From assembly GCA_965215505.1 (NCBI GenBank), contig OZ244065.1:1152001-1216000 (forward strand): DNA of 64,000 nucleotides, written 5' to 3'. Origin of the DNA: Capsulimonadaceae bacterium (GTDB lineage: Bacteria; Armatimonadota; Armatimonadia; Armatimonadales; Capsulimonadaceae). Made by a program: the position numbers and the translations under genes. This document shows, piece after piece, positions 10,283-19,714 of this stretch. Every line of letters starts with the position of its first letter. Within the stretch, counting starts at the first letter, position 1. The notes under the pieces were generated by a model, which was given only the letters and a program-made list of their open reading frames with translations, was not told the DNA's origin and made no database searches.

Positions 10283-11865
10283 CGGCACACCTGGCGGTTG
10301 ATTTCGGCACCACCAACACGGTCGTCGCCGTGGCGGAGGGCGGCGGCGTCCGCGTGCTGCACCTGCCGGGGCTGACGCGGGAGCAGCCGAACGACCAGTC
10401 GCCGCTCGTCCCCTCCGCCGTCCACGTCTCCGAGGCCGTGCGCCGCCGATGGTTCTTCCTTCAGCGGGAGCGACGTGTGTGCGTGGGCCAGGCCGCGCTG
10501 AACCAGGACTACGCGGGGCATGCCGCCCAGGCCCGCCAGTTCGCGCAGGGCTTCAAGCCGCTGCTCGCGGCCCAGCCCCACCACCCGCTCCTGCGGGGCG
10601 CGGCGGCGGACCTTTCGGCGCGGGAGGTGTCTTTCCTGTTCCTCCAGGGGCTGCTGTCATCGGTACGGGCGCAGCACCGGCTCCGGGCGTTCGACCTGAC
10701 CATGCCGGTCCCGGTCGGCTCTTACGAGGCTTACCGGGCCGAGCTGCGCGCGCTGGCCCGGCGGCTGGGCGTCCGCCGCTTCCGCACCGTGGATGAGCCG
10801 GTGGCGGCGGCCATCGGCTACGGGGTGAGCATCGGGCGCGAGGGGACGCTGCTGGTGGTGGACTTCGGCGGGGGGACGCTGGACCTCGCCGCCGTCCGCC
10901 TGGGACCGTCGGCGGCGGACGGGGGCGGCGTGCCCGTACTCGCCAAGCACATGGAGGCATTGGGTGGGGACGACGTGGACGGCTGGCTGCTGGAACACCT
11001 GCTGGGCGCAGGCTTTTGGGGCGACGCGCCCGGCCCGCCCGAGTGGCAGTACGACGCTCGCTGGGAGGTCATGCGGGTCAAGGAGCAGGTGAGCCGTGAG
11101 GGCGAGGCGGAGTTCCGGTGGCGCGGTGTCCGGCGCGGCCTGGGGCTTGCCGAGTTCACCGACCTCCTGGCCCGGCGCGGGCTGTACGACCGGCTGCGGG
11201 CCGCCCTGGGGGAAGTCCGGCGGCAGCTCGCGGAGGGCGGACACCCGATGCCGGACGAGGTCCTGCTGGTGGGCGGCTCGACCCTGCTGCCGGGCGTGGC
11301 CGCCGCCGTGGACGGGGCGTTCCCCGAGTCGGTCGTGCGCCATGACCCCGCCACCGTCTTCACGGCGGTCGCGGTGGGGGCGGCGCACTTCGCGAGCGGC
11401 GTTCCCGTGGATGACTTCACCTATCACGACTACGGGCTGGCCGTGCTGGCCGTGCAGAACGCGCAGACCCGGACCGTCGAGTATGAGCTGCTTGTCCCGC
11501 GCCGCACGCGCTACCCGACGGCCCCGGACCTCGCGGTGCGCTACTACGCGGATTACCCCGGCATGACCGACATCGGGTTCCATGTGAGCGAGGTAGGGCG
11601 GCTGGGCCAGTCTTCGGTGCTGTGGGAGGTGCGCCCGAACGGGGCGAGCTACTGGCGGCCCGAGTGCGAGGCAGGCCGCGCCTGCCTGGTGGCCCTCAAC
11701 CCCGCCGACGCGCCGCTGCCCCTGCGCCCTGCCGGGAAAGGCACGTCGCCGCGCCTGCGGGTGACTTACGGGGTCAATGCCGACCGCTGGCTGTGCGTGA
11801 CGGTGGAAGACCTGGTCCGCCGGGAGACGCTGCGGCGGGCCGAGCCGGTCGTCCGGCTCCGGTGA
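10279..11865 (+). CDS. Atypical Hsp70-family protein
   Basis: AVDFGTTNT, DEPVAAAIGY, VVDFGGGTLD, LGGDDVD, VLLVGGSTLLP; ATGA overlap with HEAT gene. Confidence 0.88.
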   Translation: MTAHLAVDFGTTNTVVAVAEGGGVRVLHLPGLTREQPNDQSPLVPSAVHVSEAVRRRWFFLQRERRVCVGQAALNQDYAGHAAQARQFAQGFKPLLAAQPHHPLLRGAAADLSAREVSFLFLQGLLSSVRAQHRLRAFDLTMPVPVGSYEAYRAELRALARRLGVRRFRTVDEPVAAAIGYGVSIGREGTLLVVDFGGGTLDLAAVRLGPSAADGGGVPVLAKHMEALGGDDVDGWLLEHLLGAGFWGDAPGPPEWQYDARWEVMRVKEQVSREGEAEFRWRGVRRGLGLAEFTDLLARRGLYDRLRAALGEVRRQLAEGGHPMPDEVLLVGGSTLLPGVAAAVDGAFPESVVRHDPATVFTAVAVGAAHFASGVPVDDFTYHDYGLAVLAVQNAQTRTVEYELLVPRRTRYPTAPDLAVRYYADYPGMTDIGFHVSEVGRLGQSSVLWEVRPNGASYWRPECEAGRACLVALNPADAPLPLRPAGKGTSPRLRVTYGVNADRWLCVTVEDLVRRETLRRAEPVVRLR

Positions 11866-11992
11866 GCGGGGGCTGGAACACGCCGGGCCTTTCTGTGACG
11901 CATTTCACGCACCCTTTGTGACCTCCGCCTCATACGCCCCGCGCGTTCGCTTCTATAATGGAGCATCAGACCGAACCGAGGGGGATTCAATC

Positions 11993-12211
11993 ATGCAGCA
12001 GGCTATCCAGCAGACGTACCGGCATCTCGTCCAGCAGCACATCGTCCGGCAGCAGCTCACCCAGCAGGAGGCCCCCCGGACGGCGGGGCGGGACGCGGAC
12101 GCCGAGAAACGGGCGCACGCGCGGGGCATGGCGTGGGAGATGGGCGGCGTCCTGGCCCTGTTCGCCGCCGCCACGGCGGCGGGCATTCTGGCACAGGCCC
12201 ACCTGGGCTGA
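11993..12211 (+). CDS. Small Gln-rich protein with C-terminal TM helix
   Basis: TATAAT at ~11954, GGGGGA SD, followed by terminator hairpin. Confidence 0.55.
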   Translation: MQQAIQQTYRHLVQQHIVRQQLTQQEAPRTAGRDADAEKRAHARGMAWEMGGVLALFAAATAAGILAQAHLG

Positions 12212-12238
12212 GGCCGTAGTCAGAGACGAGTCACTTTA

Positions 12239-12274
12239 AAGGCCGCCCCCGGTATGATCCGGGGGCGGCCTTTT
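12239..12274. terminator. Intrinsic terminator, likely bidirectional
   Basis: AAGGCCGCCCCCGG-TATGAT-CCGGGGGCGGCCTTTT between convergent genes. Confidence 0.8.
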
Positions 12275-12293
12275 CCGTCTGCCGCCGGCCCCG

Positions 12294-13409
12294 TCAGCGG
12301 ACGACACGCAGGATGACCAGGAGGGAGCCGGCGCTGATCGCCAGCCAGAGCAGGATGCCCTGGGCCATCGGCTTCCAGCCGACCGCTTTCAAAGTCGCGC
12401 GCGAGAGGCCCGCCCCGATCAGGAACAGCGTCAGGGTGAGGCCCACGGTCGCGGCATGGGAGAGGGCCGGTGACGCGCCCGCCACGCCGGGGATGAAGCT
12501 GCGGGCGACCGAGGCCAGCAGGAACAGGCCGATGAACCAGGGGATTTGCAGCTTGCCCTGCGCGTTCGGCGGCGTCTGCCGGGGATCGAAGCCGACGGTG
12601 GTGTCCGCCAGGCCGCCCGCCCGCGCCGGGGCCGTCTCCGGACTCCGGTGCCGAAAGGCGAGCGTGGCGGCGAGGGCGACCGGCACGATCCACAGGGCGC
12701 GGGACAGTTTCACCGCCGTCGCCGTTTGCAGGGCGGGCAGGCCGTAGCGGGAGGCCGCGCCGACAACCGAGGAGATGTCGTGGATCGCGACCCCGCACCA
12801 GGTCCCGAACTGCGTCTGGGACAGCCCCAGGGCGTGGCCGAGGATCGGGAAAACGTAGAGTGCGACGGCGTTGAGCAGGAAGACCGTGCCCATCGCCACG
12901 GTCATCTCCCCTTCCGCCGCCCCGATGACCGAGCCGACGGCGGCGATGGCCGACCCGCCGCAGATGGCCGTCCCGGCGGAGATCAGGGCGGAAGTCTTGG
13001 CGTTGATTCTCAGCCACTTCCCGGCGGCGTATCCGAGGGCGAGGGTGCCGGCGATGCTCCCGGCGGCGAGCATCATGCCGCTCTCGCCGGCCCGGAGGAC
13101 GACGGCGAGGTCCATACCGAAACCGAGGAAGACGACGCAGCCCTGGAGGAGCAGTCTGGCGGCGTGCTTGCCGATATGGTGATAGGGGTTCTCATGGGTC
13201 AAGGCCAGGAACATGCCCAGGGCCAGCGCGAACGGCGGGGAGGCCCAGGGTGTGAGGCAGAAGGCGGCGGCGATGAGGAACAGGGCCTGCCGCGCCGTGA
13301 GCGGCAGCATAGGCCATCTCTCCTGCTCCTTCCTTGCGGGGGCGGGTGTCTCCTCTTGTGTCCGGACTTGTGTGACCATCGGTTTCCTCATTTCGTTCTC
13401 TGCACACAC
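12294..13409 (-). CDS. YeiH family putative sulfate exporter
   Basis: LISAGTAICGGSAIAA, FGTWCGVAIHDISSVVGA, ATAVKLSRALW, IPWFI; start may be 13391 or 13379. Confidence 0.88.
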   Translation of the reverse strand: MCAENEMRKPMVTQVRTQEETPAPARKEQERWPMLPLTARQALFLIAAAFCLTPWASPPFALALGMFLALTHENPYHHIGKHAARLLLQGCVVFLGFGMDLAVVLRAGESGMMLAAGSIAGTLALGYAAGKWLRINAKTSALISAGTAICGGSAIAAVGSVIGAAEGEMTVAMGTVFLLNAVALYVFPILGHALGLSQTQFGTWCGVAIHDISSVVGAASRYGLPALQTATAVKLSRALWIVPVALAATLAFRHRSPETAPARAGGLADTTVGFDPRQTPPNAQGKLQIPWFIGLFLLASVARSFIPGVAGASPALSHAATVGLTLTLFLIGAGLSRATLKAVGWKPMAQGILLWLAISAGSLLVILRVVR

Positions 13410-13576
13410 TTTACCGCCGGGCGTGACATATTACAAATACATCTATGTTTCACTCTCCATAACCCCATAGCATATTGATTTCACTGGCGTGATGGCCCTC
13501 TTCGGGAGGAGGTCAGGCCGCCCGTGTCGTATACTAGTGTAGTCAGACCGAAATGGGCTAGGAAGAGCGAGGCACG

Positions 13577-14923
13577 ATGGGACGACAAGATGTGACAGAG
13601 GATGCCGGCGTCCGGGAGCGCCTGGCGCTGCTGGACACCCTCTTCGCATCCGCGCAACTAGGGTTCGGCTTTGTGGACCGCCGGTTCCGCTTCACCCGCG
13701 TCAACGCGCGCCTGGCCGCTATTAATGGCCTGCCTGCCGAGGCGCACCTGGGCCGGTCCGTGGAGGAGGTCCTGGGGTCCGCGCTCTGGGAGAGCCGCCT
13801 TCCACTGTTCGAGCAGGCTCTGGCGGGGACGGAAGTGGTTGACGCCGCGCTGGCGGGGCGCACCGCAGACCCTGGGGGCGGCGAGCGGCGGGTGCTGTCC
13901 TCCTACTACCCCGTCTTCCATGAGGCCGGCGTCATGGGGGTGGCGGTCGTGGTCCGGGACGTGACCGAGCAGGAGCGGGCGGAGGAGGCGCTGCGGGCGG
14001 GCCGCGAGCAGTACCGCCTGATCTTCGAGGCCAACCCGCAGCCGATGTGGGTCTACGACCTGGAGACGCTGGCGTTCCTGGCCGTCAACGCCGCCGCCGA
14101 GCGCGTCTACGGCTACTCGCAGGCGGAGTTCCTGGCGATGACTCTGGCCGACATCCGGCCCGCCGAGGACGCGCCCGCTCTGGCCGCTTCGGTCGGGGCA
14201 CCGCGCGTCGGCACCCACACGGACGGCCCGTGGCGGCATCTCCGCAAAGATGGGTCGGGGCTGTGGGTGGAGGTCGCGGCCAGCGCGCTAAACTTCCAGG
14301 GGCGGTCGGCCCGCCTGATCACAGCCCTGGACGTGACGGAGCGCGTGGAGATCGAGGGCGAGCGGCGGCAGGTGGCCGAGCGGCGGCAGGCTTTCATGCG
14401 GGACGTGCTTTCGAGCGTCACCGGGGGCAAGCTGCTGCTGTCCGACCCGGCGACGCCGCTGCCCGCGCCGCTCGCGCCCGTCGGAGGGCCGATCCCGCTG
14501 ACGCGGGAGGGGGGCTTGTGGGAGCTGCGCCGCCGGGCGGAGGGGGCCGCACGGGAGGCGGGGTATTCCGACATGCGCCAGTTCGACCTGATCACGGCGG
14601 CGAGCGAGGCGGGCATGAACGCCATCGTCCACGCCGGCGGCGGCACGGCGCGCGTGTTCACCGGGGACGCGGGCGCTGACGAGGCGGGGACGATCCAGGT
14701 ATGGGTGGAGGACCGGGGGGCGGGCATCGCGGTGGAGAACCTGCCGCGCGCGGCCCTGGCGCGCGGCTTCACGACGGCGGGCAGTCTGGGCCACGGGCTG
14801 AAGATGATGCTCGAAACGGCGGACCATCTCTATTTGCGGACCGGGCCGGAGGGGACGACGGCGCTGATCGAGCAGGGGCGGGAGCCGCCGCAGCCCGCGT
14901 GGCTCTCGGAGGCCCTGCGATGA
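13577..14923 (+). CDS. PAS-PAS-HATPase (RsbT/RsbW-like Ser/Thr kinase)
   Basis: Two PAS domains; ASEAGMNAIVHAGGG, EDRGAGI, GFTTAGSLGHGL; no HisKA box. Confidence 0.82.
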   Translation: MGRQDVTEDAGVRERLALLDTLFASAQLGFGFVDRRFRFTRVNARLAAINGLPAEAHLGRSVEEVLGSALWESRLPLFEQALAGTEVVDAALAGRTADPGGGERRVLSSYYPVFHEAGVMGVAVVVRDVTEQERAEEALRAGREQYRLIFEANPQPMWVYDLETLAFLAVNAAAERVYGYSQAEFLAMTLADIRPAEDAPALAASVGAPRVGTHTDGPWRHLRKDGSGLWVEVAASALNFQGRSARLITALDVTERVEIEGERRQVAERRQAFMRDVLSSVTGGKLLLSDPATPLPAPLAPVGGPIPLTREGGLWELRRRAEGAAREAGYSDMRQFDLITAASEAGMNAIVHAGGGTARVFTGDAGADEAGTIQVWVEDRGAGIAVENLPRAALARGFTTAGSLGHGLKMMLETADHLYLRTGPEGTTALIEQGREPPQPAWLSEALR

Positions 14924-16848
14924 GAAGCCCTGCGATGAACGGCTCCAGCGCACTGGCGCGCGCGGGGACGTACCTGATGGTGTTCGCCAGCGTCGCCGCC
15001 TCCACGCTCGTGCGCGCAGACCTGACTCCGCTCCTGGGGACGCGCGCGGCCTTCATCATCTACTTCCCGGCCCTCGTCTTCAGCGCCTGGATCGGCGGGT
15101 GGGGCGGCGGGCTGACCGCCCTGACTCTGTCCTCACTGGCGGCGATCTTTTTCTTCGTCTCCCCGCACCACACCCTCGCCCTGGCCTCACGGACCGACCA
15201 GGTGACTCTGCTGGTCTTCATCATCGTCGGCCTGAGCGTTTCGGCCATCAGCAGCTCCCAGCGCCGGGCGCAGGAGCGGGCCGAGGCGGCGGCGGCGGAC
15301 GCCCAGCGCAGCGAGCGCGCCCTGCGCGAGAGTGAGGCGCGCAAGGCCGCCGTGATCGAGGTCGCCCTGGACTGCATCATCGCCATTGACGAGAAGGGCG
15401 GGATCGTCGAGTTCAACCCGGCCGCCCAGAGGACCTTCGGCTACACGGCGGAGGAGGCCCTTGGCCGGCACATCGCCGAGACGGTCATCCCGCCCGCGTT
15501 CCGCGATCAGCACCGCGCGGGGTTCGCCGAATACCTCGTCACGGGCGGCGGCCCCGTCCTCGGCCAGCGGCTGGAGCTGATCGGGATGCGGAAAGGGGGC
15601 GAGGAGTTCCCCGTCGAGCTTTCCATCGTGCCGACGGAGCGGGACGGTCGGCGCGGCGCAATCGCCTACCTGCGGGACATCGGCGAGCGCCAGGCGCTGG
15701 AGGCCGAGCAGGGCCGCCTGGCGGACACCAACCGGCTGCTGCTGGACTCGACGGGCGAAGGCATCTACGGCATCGACACCGGGGGCGTGTTCACCTTCGT
15801 CAACCGGGCGGCGGCGCGGATGCTGGGGTTCGCGCCCGAAGACATCCTCGGCCGCAGCGGGCACGCGCTGATCCACCACTCACGGCCGGACGGCACCCGC
15901 TACCCGGAGGGCGAGTGCCCGATTTTCCGCGCCATCCGCAGCGGCGAGAGCGCCCGCGTCGAGGACGAGGTGTTCTGGCGCGCGGACGGCACCCCCCTCC
16001 CGGTCGCCTACAGCGCCGCGCCGATCGTCGAGCAGGGGACGGTCCGGGGGGCGGTGGTGACGTTCCGCGACATCGGCGAGCGCCGGGCGCTGGAACTGGA
16101 GCGGGAGCGGCTGACCGAGCGCGAACACCGCATCGCGGAGCAGCTCCAGGAGGCGCTCCAGCCCGCCATCCCGGCCTCGGTCCCCGGCCTGGACCTGGCG
16201 GACTACTACCACCCGGCCCTGGAAGAAGCGGGTGTCGGCGGGGACTTCTGCGACGTGTTCGCCGCCGACAAGGGCGTGACGTTCCTCATCGTCGGCGACC
16301 TGTCCGGCAAGGGGCTGGCGGCGGCCTCGCAGGTCGCCACCGTCCGGAACATGCTGCGCTTCGCGCTTTACAACGGGCGCACCCTGGCAGGCCCTTTAAC
16401 GACGCTGGGGCGCACCCTGGTGGAGAACGACCTGCTGACGGGCTTCGCGACGCTGTTCGTCGGGCGCTATGACGCCCACACGAGCCGCCTGAGCTATGTC
16501 AACTGCGGCCAGGACGCCGGGCTGGTCCTCCGGGCGGGGACGGGGGAGGTGGAGGAGCTGGCCTCGACCGGACCGATCCTGGGCGGCTTCGAGGGGGCGG
16601 ACTACACCGAGGGGTCGGTGACACTGGGGCGGGGGGACGTGCTGGCGCTGTTCACGGACGGGCTGACCGAGGCCGGGCCGACCCGGTCGTCGCTCCTCGG
16701 CGGGGAAGGCGTGGCCCGGCTCCTCCGGGCGCAGGCGGGCCGGCGAGACGCGCGGGGGATTGCGGACCGGCTCATCGCGGGCGTGGACGACTACGCCCAG
16801 AGCGGCATCCGCGACGACCAGTGCCTCTTGATTGGCGTCGTGACTTGA
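14920..16848 (+). CDS. DUF4118-PAS-PAS-SpoIIE (PP2C) phosphatase
   Basis: N-terminal TMs, two PAS, VGGDFCD, GDLSGKG, LFTDGLTEA, DDQCLL; ATGA overlap with kinase. Confidence 0.88.
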   Translation: MRSPAMNGSSALARAGTYLMVFASVAASTLVRADLTPLLGTRAAFIIYFPALVFSAWIGGWGGGLTALTLSSLAAIFFFVSPHHTLALASRTDQVTLLVFIIVGLSVSAISSSQRRAQERAEAAAADAQRSERALRESEARKAAVIEVALDCIIAIDEKGGIVEFNPAAQRTFGYTAEEALGRHIAETVIPPAFRDQHRAGFAEYLVTGGGPVLGQRLELIGMRKGGEEFPVELSIVPTERDGRRGAIAYLRDIGERQALEAEQGRLADTNRLLLDSTGEGIYGIDTGGVFTFVNRAAARMLGFAPEDILGRSGHALIHHSRPDGTRYPEGECPIFRAIRSGESARVEDEVFWRADGTPLPVAYSAAPIVEQGTVRGAVVTFRDIGERRALELERERLTEREHRIAEQLQEALQPAIPASVPGLDLADYYHPALEEAGVGGDFCDVFAADKGVTFLIVGDLSGKGLAAASQVATVRNMLRFALYNGRTLAGPLTTLGRTLVENDLLTGFATLFVGRYDAHTSRLSYVNCGQDAGLVLRAGTGEVEELASTGPILGGFEGADYTEGSVTLGRGDVLALFTDGLTEAGPTRSSLLGGEGVARLLRAQAGRRDARGIADRLIAGVDDYAQSGIRDDQCLLIGVVT

Positions 16849-16872
16849 CCCATCGGCGTCGTGACCTGACCT
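16831..16872 (+). repeat. Tandem 21-bp duplication of the phosphatase 3' end
   Basis: ATTGGCGTCGTGACTTGACCC / ATCGGCGTCGTGACCTGACCT. Confidence 0.8.
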
Positions 16873-17839
16873 ACTTCCCCAGCGCCTTCTGCGTGTACCC
16901 GACGATGGTCTTGGCGGGCGCGAGGCGCGGCTGATCGTCCGCATGGTCGTTGGTGTACCGGATCAGCCCTGCCGGGTCGAGCGCGAAGGCGCGCGGGCAG
17001 GAGTTCAGCTTGTAGACGCCCTCGGTCAGCTTGGAATCCGGATCCGGCAGCAAGGTCGTCTGTTTCAGGTCCAGGCCGTTCCGGGCGGCGAATGCTTTGG
17101 CTTCGGCCCCCGTCCCGGCGAAGACGATGACGGTGCGGGCAGTGGCCGTGCGCTGCGCCCGGCCCCAGGCGCGGGCGACATCGGCGCACCAGGGGCAGCC
17201 GCAGAAGAAGAACAGGGCAGCGGGACGGCCCCGCGTCGCGGCGAGCGAAAAGGATTTGCCCTGAGCGTCGGCCAGCGTGAACGCCGGGGCGGGCCGCCCG
17301 GCCTGCGGCGCGGAGGAGGTCACGGCGGCGGGCGGTGCCTCTACGGGCTTCACGACGGGTGCCGGGGCGGGAGCAGTCCCCGTGTCCGGGTCGTCCTGCA
17401 TCGTGCCGGTGATCTCCAGCAGCACACTGGCGTCGGAGGCCCCGTGGGTGAAGACCCAGACCGACTTCTCCATCGGGCCGGGCGCGAGCCGGTGCGGGAC
17501 GATGCTGACCCGGACGGGGATGATGCCGCCCGGCCCGACCGTCAGCGGCAGGTCCTTGTCGCCGTCCAGGAAGGCCGTCGTGCAGCCGCACGAGGACTGG
17601 AGGCGGTCCACGGTGACGGGGGCCGTGCCGGCGTTCCGCAGGGTGAAGGTGTGTTCCAGCGGCGACTCGTCCGACATCCGGCGCGTCCCGAAGTCGTAGC
17701 GGGCCGTCGCGGCGTCGGCCTGCATCGTCCCCTGCCCCGTCACGATGGTCAGGACGGGGGGCGGGGCGGCGAGGGCGACGCGGGCGGGCGTCGCCAGCAG
17801 GAGGCCCAGCAGGAGGGCGGAAAAGCAGCGGAGTTTCAT
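16871..17839 (-). CDS. Exported DUF1573 (Ig-like) plus redoxin domain protein
   Basis: Signal peptide, HTFTLRN.G...QSSCGCT, APAFTLAD.QGK, FFCGCPWC. Confidence 0.8.
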   Translation of the reverse strand: MKLRCFSALLLGLLLATPARVALAAPPPVLTIVTGQGTMQADAATARYDFGTRRMSDESPLEHTFTLRNAGTAPVTVDRLQSSCGCTTAFLDGDKDLPLTVGPGGIIPVRVSIVPHRLAPGPMEKSVWVFTHGASDASVLLEITGTMQDDPDTGTAPAPAPVVKPVEAPPAAVTSSAPQAGRPAPAFTLADAQGKSFSLAATRGRPAALFFFCGCPWCADVARAWGRAQRTATARTVIVFAGTGAEAKAFAARNGLDLKQTTLLPDPDSKLTEGVYKLNSCPRAFALDPAGLIRYTNDHADDQPRLAPAKTIVGYTQKALGK

Positions 17840-17876
17840 ACTGCTATTATACACCATCGGCGGCGCGCGGAGCGTG

Positions 17877-17906
17877 TTGACAAAGGGGCGCGGCGGCGGT
17901 TATAAT
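17877..17906 (+). promoter_or_regulatory. Sigma70 consensus promoter of tRNA-Gln
   Basis: TTGACA-N18-TATAAT ending 7 nt before the tRNA. Confidence 0.85.
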
Positions 17907-17913
17907 AGAGCAT

Positions 17914-17987
17914 TCCGGGGTCGATCAATGGCAGGTCGACTCACTTTGGCTGAGTTAATCGGGGTTCGAGTCCCTGCCCCGGAACCA
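17914..17987 (+). tRNA. tRNA-Gln (anticodon TTG)
   Basis: Cloverleaf: TCCGGGG/CCCCGGA acceptor, GATC/GGTC D stem, ACTCA-CTTTGGC-TGAGT, CGGGG-TTCGAGT-CCCTG, encoded CCA. Confidence 0.95.
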
Positions 17988-18023
17988 CTTCCTCACTACT
18001 GTACCACTCATGGAAGGGCCACA

Positions 18024-18581
18024 ATGGACCAAGAACGGACCGCGCTCGGCAAGAGCATCCTCGACCTCCTACAGCAAGGCAAAAGCTACAATGCGATTGT
18101 CGCGGAAGTCGGCTGCTCCAAGTCCAACGTCAACTATTACGCCAAGAAGCTCGGAACCGCGAAGAAGCTGCGATTCTATGACTGGAAGGCTGTTCAAGCC
18201 TACCATGACCAGAGTAACAACATGACGCAGTGCAAGCGCCACTTCGGCTTCTGCTCTGACGCCTGGGACAAGGCCGTGGAACGAGGCGCACTCATCCCAA
18301 ACCCATGGAAGATCCCTTTGGAAGACCTGCTAGTCAATGGCAGGAACACAGGGCGGCGTCACCTGAAAAACCGTCTGTTCAACGCCGGGGAGATGGAGCA
18401 GTGCTGCCACGAGTGCGGCTTGGTGTATTGGCGCGGGAAGAAACTCCCGCTGGAGCTACACCACATCAATGGCATTCCTAATGACAACCGGCGCGAGAAT
18501 CTAATCATCCTCTGTCCCAACTGCCACAGCCTCACGCCGAACTACTGCGGAAAGAACAAGAAGCGACGAAAAACCCCGTAA
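18024..18581 (+). CDS. HNH endonuclease with N-terminal HTH
   Basis: GKSYNAIVAEVGCSKSNVNYY HTH; CHECG...LELHHING...DNRRENL.ILCPNCHS. Confidence 0.88.
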   Translation: MDQERTALGKSILDLLQQGKSYNAIVAEVGCSKSNVNYYAKKLGTAKKLRFYDWKAVQAYHDQSNNMTQCKRHFGFCSDAWDKAVERGALIPNPWKIPLEDLLVNGRNTGRRHLKNRLFNAGEMEQCCHECGLVYWRGKKLPLELHHINGIPNDNRRENLIILCPNCHSLTPNYCGKNKKRRKTP

Positions 18582-18623
18582 CCGGCGGGGGCGCGTTTTT
18601 GTGCAGGGGGGTATAATGCACCC

Positions 18624-18869
18624 ATGGACCCAGAGTATTTTCGTGCGGACGACGTGATCTCCCTGACCCCCGGCGAGTGGCAGGAGCTAGTGACCTCGAT
18701 CCAGAGTCTGGTGCAGGCAAACAATGCGCTCCTGCAAACGGTCTCCGAGCTGATGGCCCAGCGCAACGCGGCCATCTCGCATCAGGCTCTCCCCGCCCTG
18801 GACGATCTCCCCAAGTCCGACCCTTACGACCTCCGCGTCCTCAACCGGCTTTTCAGCGACAAGTCTTAA
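18624..18869 (+). CDS. Hypothetical protein (coiled-coil-like)
   Basis: TATAAT 6 nt before ATG; fills the intergenic gap. Confidence 0.55.
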   Translation: MDPEYFRADDVISLTPGEWQELVTSIQSLVQANNALLQTVSELMAQRNAAISHQALPALDDLPKSDPYDLRVLNRLFSDKS

Positions 18870-18928
18870 TCCCCCACCCTGTCACCTTCGATTCATCGCC
18901 TTCCATTCCACCCGCCGGAGCAGTACCC

Positions 18929-19702
18929 GTGAACGAAACCCAGAAATGGCCCGACCGCCTGTGGATCGTCCGCCACGGCGAGAGCGCGGGCAATGTCGCC
19001 CGCGACGCCGCCGAGGCCGCCGGCCGCCCCGTCATTGACATCGCCACGCGCGACGCCGACGTGCCCCTGTCCGCGCTGGGCGAGAGGCAGGCGCGTGTTC
19101 TGGGCGAGTGGCTGGGCCGCCTGCCGCCGGGCGAGGTGCCGACGGTGGTGCGGGCCTCCCCCTATGTCCGCGCCCGGCAGACGGCGTCCATCGCTTTGGA
19201 GGCGGCGGGCCTGTTCCGGGACGAGGAGACGCTGACCGTGGACGAGCGCCTGCGGGAGCGGGAGTTTGGCATCCTGGACCGGCTGACCCACGCGGGCATC
19301 GTCGAGAAGTACCCGGAGCAGGCCGAACTGCGCCGCCTGCTGGGCAAGTTCTACCACCGCCCGCCCGGAGGCGAGAGCTGGTGCGACGTCATCCTGCGCC
19401 TGCGGTCACTGGTGGACACCTTGACCCGCGACTATCGGGGCGAACGGGTCCTACTGGTCTGTCATTCGGTCGTCATCCTGTGCTTCCGCTACTTGCTGGA
19501 GCGGATGACGGAGGAGCAGATACTGGAAGTAGACCGGCTGAACGAGGTCGCCAACTGCTCGGTGACGTCCTACGCCTTCGACCTGGAGCGCGGGCGGCAC
19601 GGCAAGCTGGTCCTGCGCGAGTTCAACTTCTCCGCCCCGCTGGAAGACGCGGGCGAGGAGGTCACGACCGAACCCGACGCCCGCCCCGCGAAAACAACCT
19701 AG
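18929..19702 (+). CDS. Histidine phosphatase (phosphoglycerate mutase family)
   Basis: IVRHGES, SPYVRARQT, LREREFG, PPGGES, LVCH; GTG start after GGAG. Confidence 0.9.
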   Translation: MNETQKWPDRLWIVRHGESAGNVARDAAEAAGRPVIDIATRDADVPLSALGERQARVLGEWLGRLPPGEVPTVVRASPYVRARQTASIALEAAGLFRDEETLTVDERLREREFGILDRLTHAGIVEKYPEQAELRRLLGKFYHRPPGGESWCDVILRLRSLVDTLTRDYRGERVLLVCHSVVILCFRYLLERMTEEQILEVDRLNEVANCSVTSYAFDLERGRHGKLVLREFNFSAPLEDAGEEVTTEPDARPAKTT

Positions 19703-19714
19703 GAAAGCAAGATT

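Noticed and set aside
13420-13485. LysR-type operator upstream of the YeiH-family gene
   Set aside because: The AT-rich stretch is suggestive, but the motif is too degenerate to call and there is no adjacent LysR gene
17914-18869. Integrated prophage or genomic island at tRNA-Gln
   Set aside because: No integrase and no duplicated tRNA 3' end found; core-like genes resume within 1 kb
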